Assembly (NCBI GenBank): GCA_010015585.1
Contig: ML975158.1
Source: Eremomyces bilateralis CBS 781.70
Lineage: Eukaryota
Length of the DNA stretch: 51,743 bases
Reading direction: 5' to 3' (one strand)
A program made the position numbers and the translations under genes. Under the pieces are notes generated by a model, which saw only the letters and a list, made by a program, of their open reading frames with translations, was not told the origin of the DNA and did not search any database. Of the stretch, positions 35,510 through 45,067 are shown piece after piece (positions within the stretch are counted from its first letter, which is position 1; each line of letters opens with the position of its first letter).

Positions 35510-38155
35510 ATGGAGACTGTCGACCGTCCTCCCAAAATGTCGCGCTACCGCTCCGTGCGAAAGGCCCAGCAGCAACACCTCGACACCGCGCCTGCCGACC
35601 CGCTTCCTTCCCTCCCCATGCCAGACGCAAATCCGGCTCCCGTAGGCGTGGCACGCAGCATGTCGCGTTATCATCGCTCGAAATCTGTGAGGAGTGCCAA
35701 CGCCCCGGTCGTCCCTGCGATGCGCAGCCCGCCAAATACAGCTCCAGGGTCACCCCCGAACGAGGGGATGCGGATGCGATCGACGACGAACCCTGGCCGC
35801 TCCCCCACCAGTGACGGTAGCAACACTGTTCCAACCTCGCCGATTCCATCGCAATCACGATCTGGAATGGTCTCACAAGCCGCGCGTCCCTTCACCTCGG
35901 CGCGCAATGCGCAAACCGCGCCCACGTACATGCCGCAACCACATCAACCCCTCACGGCGCATGAGGAGGCACGTCAGTTGATCGCTAATGAGACGGAGCG
36001 GCAGAGGCGGATGCGGGAGAAACAACAGCAGGAGAAGCGGGAACGGGAGCGATTGCTGCAGCGGGAAGCGGAAGTGGAACGCAGGGGTCGGGAAGAGGAG
36101 GACAAGGAGGCCCAGCGATTACAAAAGGAACAGGAGCATGTCGAAAGGGAGAGGGCGAAGGCGATGAGCAAGCTCAGCAACCATTCCAGATCCCATGACC
36201 AGGAACCGGCACGATTACCAGCCACAAGGGAAGCGAGCCTGCCTAAGAGCCTGCCCAAGAGCCTGCCCAAGAGCCTCCCAAGCTCGGGGACGGACAAGGA
36301 ACCGTCGCATTCGAAGATGGGATTTGGCTTCTTGAGGAAGAAAGAACACGATGCGCCAACTCAGCTTCTAAAAGAAACGAAACCATACATCGAAGCAACG
36401 ATTCGGCCAGGTGGAGGCGGGATCGTCCCTCGCGTCGATGCGCCACTATCGGCTGTCAATGCTGGAGACCGACGTGTCACGATTGAGTGCGAGAACTCGC
36501 GTATCATGCTTCCGGTAACTCCTACGACGACACCCATGGACTTGATCCGGTCAGCGGAGATCTGTTTGTCACAGGCCGTCGACACGAAGACGGCCGTGGT
36601 CCTCGAGCTATTCGAGAAAGTTGGCGTACAACGACCGGTACGAAGATACGAGCATATCCGAGACGTGCTCAACTCTTGGGACGAGGACACTTCCAATACC
36701 TTAATCCTCATCCCTTCCTCCGCCGAGAACAATGATGACCTCGTCGCGGAAACGGTTCCCCGCCAAAAACCAAAGGGGTCCTGGCCGGTCCTGTACTCTC
36801 AAACCCCGTCCAAATGGTCGAAACGCTGGGTTTACATCAACCAAGACGGACAAGTGACGGTCTCCAAGAATCGCGACGCTTCCACAAAAGACCAAACCAA
36901 CGTGTGTCATCTCTCCGACTTCGATATCTACACCCCGACCCCACGGCAGCGGAAACACAAGGTGAAGCCCCCGAAAAAGCATTGCTTCGCCATCAAGAGC
37001 CAACAGAAATCGAGCATGTTTATGTCCACCTCGACCTTTGTGCACTTCTTCTGCACCCCCGACAAGCAACTCGCCGACGACTTCTATCGAGCCGTCCAAG
37101 GCTGGCGGAGCTGGTATCTTGTCCACGTCCTCGGCGAAGGGGAAAAGAAGCCCAGTCCGAAACGCAGCGACCAGCGAGAGGGCCCACCGCTCGGGAGGTC
37201 GAATACCACCGCCGCCGCACGCCTTCGCCGCAACTCCACCAACTCCATCGAATCCCACTACCAACTCGGTTCCTTCCAACCCCTCCTCGACTTCTCGGAG
37301 TTCACCAGCTCTCACGTCCGCCAACCCAGCGCCACCACCAACCCCTCCACCCATCCCCGACCTTCCATCGATACCCCCCGCGCCCTCCACACCCGCAAAC
37401 CCTCCCTCCGCACCCGCGCCCCCCCAAGCGCCTTCCCCGCCCGCTACGCCACCGACACCACCCCTCCCTCCAGCCCCCCTGACGTCAACCCACCCCACCA
37501 ACCCCTCCTCACCCTCGCCGACCCCGACGTCTTCGTCCCCACCTCCCTTCTCGGCCGCACCTACACCCAACGCCAAAAAGCCCAACAAGACCGCGACCGC
37601 AACGCCCCTCCGAAACCCTTCTCCGACCGTCCCCCCACTGCCACCGCATCCAACCCCCCCGCCCGCACCACCTCCACCCGCTCCTCCCATCCCCGCCCCT
37701 CCACCGACACCAAACCCCTCGTCGACCTCACCCCAACCTACCGTCCCCCGCCCCAACACGCCCGCAAAGGCCGTGGCGTGCCCCTCCCCTCGTCAGGTGG
37801 CGTGCTGATCGGGCTCGCAGGCCGCGCTGTCGGGCCTGATGGGTATGACCTTTGCAGTCCAGAGCGCGCGGTCGGGGTGGAGCGGGGTAAGAGTTTGCGG
37901 GGGCAAGGGGTGAAGGTGCAGCACGTATCGTCGGGGGCTGGGTATCAGGGAGGAGAGGAGGCGGGATTTACGGGTGGGGGGCTGTTGGCGGGGAGTCGGA
38001 GCGGGCAGGGGGTGGGGAAGGGAAGGGGGGTGATGAGTGGGACGCAGGCGAGGGGGCCGATGGTGGATGTGAGGGAGCAGAGTCGGTTTGCGGAGGGGAG
38101 TTTGTTGGGAAGGATTGCGAGGAGGGAGGGGGATGCCCCGATTGAGCGGGGGTAG
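35510..38155 (+). CDS. PH-domain protein with preceding ubiquitin/RA-like region
   Basis: DAPLSAVNAGDRRV, QRPVRRYEHIRDVLNSWD, KWSKRWV, VCHLSDFDIY, CFAIKSQQK, FVHFFC, WRSWYLV; coiled coil at the N-terminus; SLPK x3 repeat. Confidence 0.8.
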   Translation: METVDRPPKMSRYRSVRKAQQQHLDTAPADPLPSLPMPDANPAPVGVARSMSRYHRSKSVRSANAPVVPAMRSPPNTAPGSPPNEGMRMRSTTNPGRSPTSDGSNTVPTSPIPSQSRSGMVSQAARPFTSARNAQTAPTYMPQPHQPLTAHEEARQLIANETERQRRMREKQQQEKRERERLLQREAEVERRGREEEDKEAQRLQKEQEHVERERAKAMSKLSNHSRSHDQEPARLPATREASLPKSLPKSLPKSLPSSGTDKEPSHSKMGFGFLRKKEHDAPTQLLKETKPYIEATIRPGGGGIVPRVDAPLSAVNAGDRRVTIECENSRIMLPVTPTTTPMDLIRSAEICLSQAVDTKTAVVLELFEKVGVQRPVRRYEHIRDVLNSWDEDTSNTLILIPSSAENNDDLVAETVPRQKPKGSWPVLYSQTPSKWSKRWVYINQDGQVTVSKNRDASTKDQTNVCHLSDFDIYTPTPRQRKHKVKPPKKHCFAIKSQQKSSMFMSTSTFVHFFCTPDKQLADDFYRAVQGWRSWYLVHVLGEGEKKPSPKRSDQREGPPLGRSNTTAAARLRRNSTNSIESHYQLGSFQPLLDFSEFTSSHVRQPSATTNPSTHPRPSIDTPRALHTRKPSLRTRAPPSAFPARYATDTTPPSSPPDVNPPHQPLLTLADPDVFVPTSLLGRTYTQRQKAQQDRDRNAPPKPFSDRPPTATASNPPARTTSTRSSHPRPSTDTKPLVDLTPTYRPPPQHARKGRGVPLPSSGGVLIGLAGRAVGPDGYDLCSPERAVGVERGKSLRGQGVKVQHVSSGAGYQGGEEAGFTGGGLLAGSRSGQGVGKGRGVMSGTQARGPMVDVREQSRFAEGSLLGRIARREGDAPIERG

Positions 38156-38549
38156 GTGGGGCTGGAGTTTGTTCATTTGGGTTGAGCGGGTTGAGCGTGC
38201 GGAGATATCCGGGGTAGATTTACGTTGGATTTAGCTGTATTTGGATGGATTGCGTTGGAGAACCCAGATACGTATGATATATGTTTATGAAGGAATGTTA
38301 TGACCATCTCTATCGAGTCTCTATGATATCCTTGCGGGTCCATTATAAACCATATCCACAAATCGACATGACAACTTTTATATATCTCAGAGTGTAGGGT
38401 ATCATCTATTATTTTAGCCCACAGCAAAGTGTACGCCATCACCATCTGAACAATCCCAGCGCCATCCCATGCAAATCTCGTTCCAACAGCCAAAACAGCC
38501 AACCCACCATGCTTTTATCCATATCGTACACGTACAACCACCCCTTCCC

Positions 38550-39229
38550 TCACTCCACCGCAAACCGCTTCTCATCCTCCCCCTTCCTCAACCACCACTC
38601 AATCCCCACACTAAACAACGCAAACCCCCCGGCCCCCACCGCCGCCCCCCGCGGCCCCGTCTTCCGCGCCAAAATTCCCCCCGCGAACGCCCCCGCCCAG
38701 ATCCCGTTCCACATGTCGTCCTTCGCCCGCAGCGCGCTGACGCCGCACTCCAGCCCGCTGAACAGGAAGCCGACGGTGCCGAAGTTGCGGCCGGTGGAGA
38801 GGGCGGCGCGGCCGGTTTCGGCGAAGCCGAGTTTGAGTTGTTGGCGGAGGGGGAGGGTGGAGATTTCGGGGGCGGTGGGGGAGAGAGGGGTGTCGTAGCG
38901 CATCTGGGTGGGTGTTAGGATATGGTGGAGGAATGAAGGGGGCCCAGAGGTTAGGGAGTTGGAGTAGACCTACCGCGGAGGTGAACACGCCGAACATCGC
39001 TCCTAATCCCGCGCCCATGACCGCCGCCATGCAGCTCTTAAACGCACAACTCTCGCCGGCGCCCTCGATCTGCGGGTGATGGTTAGCATGCGGAGGTACG
39101 AGGCTGGACTCGGGGTTGAAGGAGGCGTACCGCTTTCACGTATTGTTGTTCTTGGTGGCTCATGCCTGCCGCCGGCCCGCCCCCCGGCCGCTGGGGGAAG
39201 GGGAAGCCGCTGCCGCCCGGAAGAGACAT
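38550..39229 (-). CDS. TIM22: Mitochondrial inner membrane translocase Tim22, 3 exons
   Basis: ESCAFKSCMAAVMGAGLGAMFGVF, RNFGTVGFLFSGLECGVSALRAKDD.WNG; both conserved Cys are present. Confidence 0.92.
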
Positions 39230-39771
39230 GGTAAGTATCTAGTAATGGGGGAGGTGCTGGGTGAAGTCGCGGTTGGAAAAAGATGATCTTGAGACTTGGA
39301 TTGATCTGGATCAATGTTGATGTAGGTTTTGTGCCTGAGGTTGTAAGGCAAACACAGTTTCGCTTGTGAGGCTATAAGGCACCCACTGCTCTCTTGGGGG
39401 AAGAAATTGATGGCCCATACAAAGCGTCTTGGCACGAATTACATCACCAGTTTTCCAGAGCTCTACAAATCACAACTAACAGATTACAAACTCCAATCTA
39501 CTACAACGCCACTGTCTTCTCTTCATGGAGCGTCCAATTACGCCAGATAGGCCAATTAAGCGCCAAGAACATAACACACCCGAAAAATCTCGCTTTTTCG
39601 AAGCGTATGATAGCCGTACCGAAGGTCAACCATTGTCCGATATTCTCCGCAAGCTGGATCTTTCTCGACGTACAGCAAACCGTTGGCTAAGTGAACGACG
39701 TCGCCTTGGAAAAGAGGCATACAGACGAACCCGGCCCAATAGCGACAAATTAGGGCGAAACCGCGCAATTA

Positions 39772-41461
39772 ATAATAATAATAAGAATCAATTTAACGTA
39801 CTATCTGGATCCCTTTCGGGTCTATGAGCACGATATTCTATCTGGTCTGCCGCGGGCAAAAGTTTCCCCGTAGCCCTGAGGCTGCGGGTACATAAAATCC
39901 CGCCTCCTCCCTTTAGTAGACTATCTCAAACGTTTATCATCTATCCGTAAGAGTCGGTGTTTCCGCCTACGCGGAGAGCTTATTCTGGCACGTCGTGGAG
40001 GAACTGGAACGGTTTCCAGTCCTCTATTACCTCCTCCTCAACTTCCTTGGCCACCCGGTATTGCTCTAGGCCTCCCGCATCGATCAGCCACCTTGCTGCG
40101 TGGCGCACCTTGTCCCTGTCATGCAATATCCTCTTAAAGTCCGTTGTTCCAGCTCGTTGGAGGAGCTCGATCCTCTGGTCGGTCCGCTGCGGGCAAAATG
40201 CAAGGAGCAGGTCATCATATTGCGTTTATATACAACAGCAGGTTTCGCCAGTCCACTTATCCAGACTCCTGCCACAGTTTTCAAAGCTTGCTCGTTGCTC
40301 CGCTTGTCCGCAGTTACCCCCCCAGGCAAAAAGGGTTCCTGCCTGTGTAACGCCTGTTTGCTCCATAAGCATACATCACCAGCGTTCTGACCTAAGCGGC
40401 CAGTCCTGTCTTTTTGTATACCGACACGCGCATCCGTTCTCTCGAGCCACGTAGTAGTCTCTCCGGCCGGGGTTTGATCCCGCCTGCTTTCAGGTTCACC
40501 GAGGGTCAGAGCCCATTGAAGGGATGAGGTCCTTGGAGCCAGCAGTGGCTACCACGCACTACGCCCCGCGACTCCTGTAAACAGTCATCGTTTCGCGTTG
40601 CCCATAGAGGTCTCCCTCTGATGGGCCGACCGTGTCTTGCAGGATGAGGCAGGTTTGAGCTTGTAGCTCGATTATGCAGTTCAGGGTTTTCGCATGCGTT
40701 CCGCACCGGGCAACGCATGCAGCCTCATCCCACTAACCAAGCTCGAGTCCTCCATCATCTTGAGTTGGCCCGTGATTCTCCCATTGTATAGATCCGAGCG
40801 ACGGGTCTGTGTCTCCATCGAGCCTCCACCAGGAGCATACCTGTGTTTCCCCTCTATCGACTGGCCTGTAACTCCAGTTCCGTAAGCTGTCGTGCTTGTC
40901 GCGCCCGGTGAGCTCGTGTCGTTGTGGTATTAACAGGTTCCGATAGAGGGGCCTTAACAAGCGCTCCCGTTGCGAAGAGGCCCTCCGGCCTTAACAGAGT
41001 TCGCCTAGATTTATACAAGTTAGCCTTAACGAGTTCTTTAGAATTAGGATTGTTCCAAACCCTCGCTACACGCAGCTCGTTGCTCACGCATAACCCCAGA
41101 GTAGGCGAGCCTGAGGGTGTCCTGTTAGAGGCCTAGGACGCGTCCTCATCCACCTAATAATAAGTCAGGCTTCCGGATCCAGCTGCGAGCTAGATAGACC
41201 CCTATCGGATGGTTCTCGTATCCCTTTGTATCCCTCAAGAGGCCTCCCTTGATGAAAGGACACCGTGTCTAAGCGGAGGCAGTAGACACAGTCGTGCTGG
41301 TGTTGGTGGTATGGCGATACCACGCTCAACGCCTGCGACCTGCACGCGCGACGCGTGCATCTCTCTCATCGCCACTGCACTTAGCCATTAATAGAGAACT
41401 CTTCTCTATCAATGTTTCCACCCGCGGCGACGTGGACGCGTGCAGTTGGACTTCGCGGGCT
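39772..41461 (-). mobile_element. Internally deleted non-LTR retrotransposon (Tad1-like LINE derivative), 1.69 kb
   Basis: 11 bp target duplication CCGCGCAATTA (39761-39771 and 41462-41472); (TTA)n 3' tail; ORF2 C-terminal remnant at about 39980-40215 (AFCPQR...AGTTDFKRILHD...AARWLIDAGGLEQYRVA); no RT or endonuclease core. Confidence 0.85.
41375..41460 (-). ncRNA. HDV-like self-cleaving ribozyme
   Basis: P1 GCCCGCG/CGCGGGU, P2 CUGCAC/GUGCAG, P3 GCG/CGC, L3 UCCACGU, P1.1 CC/GG, 13 bp P4, J4/2 GCUAA with the putative catalytic C at 41384. Confidence 0.9.
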
Positions 41462-42910
41462 CCGCGCAATTACATCTCCTCAATTAGATGCTATTCTTTC
41501 TTCAAATAATCCTGTTCGGGAGCTTCCATACGAAGCTAACATCTCGCATTTTGACCTTGATATCACAATAGGGCGCAGCCTCCGTGAGAATCTACAAACA
41601 CGACGAGATGCAGGGCGTTTTGAACGAGAGCAAGGCAAACCTGTATCCGCTGAGAATCGCAAGTTGCGGGAAGTATACGGTCGCTTTGGGATGGAACAAC
41701 CCTTGATCGGTTATTGGGACTCCATTGAATTTACAGACGAGATGCATTACGATCCTACGGAACAAGCACGAGAGCGTATCATTCGCCAAAAGGGCACGGG
41801 CTACCGACCGGAGAATATCCAAAACCGGCCAGCGACACAGGGCATGGTGCTCCATATTGCTGCGTCTTGCAATTGGTATTCCAAAAGCAGCCTCAAGTTC
41901 TATCACGACAAGTCTGAAGATCCTCCAAAGCCGCAAAAGCCAGGGAAACCTAGGCAAAAACAGACTGAAACGGACGAACAGTTCTCCCAACGATTACAAG
42001 ATTGGAAGGCGAAACTGCCCCACAAAGTTGAGGTCAAACAGAAGGGGAACTCCATGACACAGGAGTATTACGCCAAACACATCCTCCCTGCTAATATTGC
42101 GCGTATTGAGGCCGCCCGTTTACACCATCGCGGGTCGTTTGGTGCAGACGTTTGTGGGCCACTTTTGACTCTTCAGGAAGATAACGATCCATCGCACGGT
42201 ACACAGTCAAATAACGTCGCATCTTCATTAAAGCATATCAATTGGATCGATTGCTTACAACATCCATCACAATCTCCAGACCTGAGCCCTATGAAAGCGC
42301 TCTGGGGGATTCTGAAACAGAGGGTACGCAAGCGGGTATGGCAGACCATGGAAGAGCTCAAACAGATACTGATTGATGGATGGGATAAAATCACGATGGA
42401 GGAAGTACGTAAGAGAATTGCAGAGATGCCATACAGATGCCATCTAGTTGTAGACAATAAGGGAGACTTTATTAAGACTCCATTGTGGTAGACAGCGATA
42501 TATCAATATATTTGGTGGTGGGGATTCAGTGCCAAGACGCTTTGTATGAGCCATCAATTTCTTCCCCCATGGAGGCCTGAATGCAGATGATGAGATCAGA
42601 TCTCACCAAACCAGAGAGTGTATTGACTGGCTACTGTAAGTATGATATTTATTGATAAATCCCGACGTTGGTTGAGAAACAGCATAGCTGTCTGGCTAAT
42701 ACCACAGTTTGCAGCTTCAATACAGCTAAGCACGGTCACCGACATATCAAGCCTCATTCAGACACAGTAGAAGATTAAGAGAAGAGAATAAAGCGAGTGG
42801 CATTGCTAGTATCGTAATAAAAGAAAATCCCCCAACACCTACGCATTCCCAGATATCCGTACCCGCCTATACGCCGTGCAATGCCGCCTCAGTCACCCCC
42901 TATCTACAAA

Positions 42911-44420
42911 CTAGACGTACACCTTCTTCGCGTCCCGCGGGTGACACTCCATCGGGCAGTAAGGGCACTTGAACCGCGTGCCTTTGCTGATCTTCTCCAG
43001 GGACTCTTTGGCGATGACGTGGCCGCACGGGAGCAGCATGGGTGGGTTCGAGTCGGTGGACTGCTCTTTGGAGACGGGGCAGACGAAGACGGAGTGGAAA
43101 TGGTATGCAGGAGGAAGGGGGATCTCAACCTAGCAGAAAGAATATTAGTCTCGGTGTGAAATAGTCGTTTAGGAGAGCAACATACCGGCAACTCCTCCCG
43201 ACTCGTCCACTCCGCCTTCCGGTTCGCTAGGATCTTCTGCACCCGCATCAACGGCGGCAACGCCACCGCCCCCGCCGTCGCCGCGACGTACAGCGGACTG
43301 TCCGCGCTCAGCTCCAGCAGCGAACAGAACTCCCGCGTGAACGACCCCGCCACCTCCTCCCACGCACTCGCGGCGTCGAAGAGGTGCCGGTACGGACTCG
43401 TGGCTATATTTGGCCAGAACGCCAGCGCCGCGGAGAGCTGGTGGATTTCCCGCGCGTAGCGGCCGGCGAAGGAGGCGAGCTCGGAGCGGGCGTACGCCCA
43501 GGCGCGGAGCGGGAGGGTGTGGTCGCCGTGCTCTTGCGCGGAATCGACGAATTGGCGGATGAATTCGAGGCGGCAGAGCTCGAATTCGAGGTTGCTGCCG
43601 CGGGTTTCGAGGACGTGGCTGTTGCGGCGGGCCCAGTCGATGGCGGGGAGGAGGTTGTGGTTGATGCGGAGGTCGTGGAGGATGTGATGCATGGCGGCAA
43701 ATTCTTGTTGGAGGGAGGTGGGGGCGAGCTCCGCGGCGGCTGGGTCCTCGTCCATGGCGTCGGTGTCGTCTTCTTGACTGCTGAATAACGAGTGGGAACT
43801 TAACAGGGAGGCACCGGCGGCGCTTATGTCTGGGAGATCGTTTAGATGGGGGGATTTCGACTTCGCTTCGAGTATAAAGGTGTTCGCCACGTTGAACTGG
43901 CCTTCGCGGAGGAGGTGCATAGCTATGGCCCGGTTGAGTAAGTGCGGTTGTGAAGAGACTACATCGTTTGAGGCACTGGGAAAGGGTTTATCTTTGAATC
44001 TCTAACGTCCATGTCAGTACACTATTGTCAAGGGGCAGCCACTATCAGTAGAGGTCGAGGGAGGATACCTTGTTTAAGGCCTTCTCATACGCTCCCAGGG
44101 CGTTGTGCATGCCTCGCAGAGCATGTGGTTTTTTGGGAACATTGCTGTAGAGCTTGTCGAGGGATTGCTTCGATAACGATTGTAGTTTGACGAGGGTTGT
44201 GGCAGCGTTTGAGGGATCTATACAGATCAGCGTCGTGATATCTAGAGGAGGGCTCAGACGGACCAGCAGTAATGGTTCGTTTGGCATTCTCCACCATATC
44301 TATGAGGACTTGGACTTCGTCGATCGCGGCTTGTAACGTATGATCTTTCCTCTGCATATCCCCCAAGCATGTATGGAGGTCGGCCAGCCCGGCTGGCGGA
44401 GGCGGATCGGCGGAAGGCAT
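42911..44420 (-). CDS. RMD5: GID/CTLH complex RING subunit Rmd5/Gid2, multi-exon
   Basis: [15 protein letters not shown] (LisH), AIDWAR...[11 protein letters not shown] (CTLH), FTREFCSLL...SPLY (CRA), [13 protein letters not shown]...[12 protein letters not shown]...FKCPYCP (RING). Confidence 0.92.
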
Positions 44421-45067
44421 ATCAAAGCTACGATAGCAGTTCAGGTACGTTGGTGCTGTCTGACGGCGTCTTAAGCAACACGAAGACCTCGATCAGCTGG
44501 GTCTTGAATTTGAAAAAGCCACACTCATGGCAACCATGGATACTAGGTGGTATTGGTGATATAACGAACGTGGTGGTCGTGTGAGCGGAAGTCGGAGCTT
44601 CTCTCCAGGTGATTGATTGATGGATGGCATCAGCTGGTGATTGGCCCCGCTTTCATGGTGTCGGACAGTGACGTGCCGGTGCAAGGCTGGAGATGTCAAG
44701 AAAGAATCCAATTCACATGCCAATGATTCAAATTGATATTCCATACGAAGATATAAAATCATCAGGACTCAGACTAGACTCGTCTATATAATTTCGGGAC
44801 CTCTCGGGCGCTTGCTATTGTGACATGGCATATTGATATTGATGGCTGCCGCTTCCACTTCACCCACCCTTATGTCTCCCCCTCCTTTTTGAACACCTTT
44901 GTCTCTACCCTCATGACATGTCGGGGAGTTCAAAGTCGGAATAATAGAGTATAGCTTCCGGAACTGGCTGCATATGACCCTACTTACATTCCCAGGTCCA
45001 AGGCATGGAGGGTGACATCCGAAAACTCAACAGGTTGAAATAGCGTACACCGCCATCTCTGTCCACT

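Larger units (their letters stand above)
39395..42569 (+). mobile_element. Full-length Tc1/IS630-like DD37E transposon, interrupted by a LINE derivative
   Basis: 41 bp TIRs at 39395-39435 and 42529-42569 (one mismatch). Joining 39525-39771 to 41473-42491 gives an open 421 aa transposase (HTH, FTDEMHY, QEDNDPSH, SPDLSPMK); the catalytic E is replaced by K. Confidence 0.93.

Noticed and set aside
41412..42491. 359 aa ORF as a stand-alone transposase
   Set aside because: Its first 17 codons come from the antisense ribozyme sequence; the true N-terminus is at 39525.
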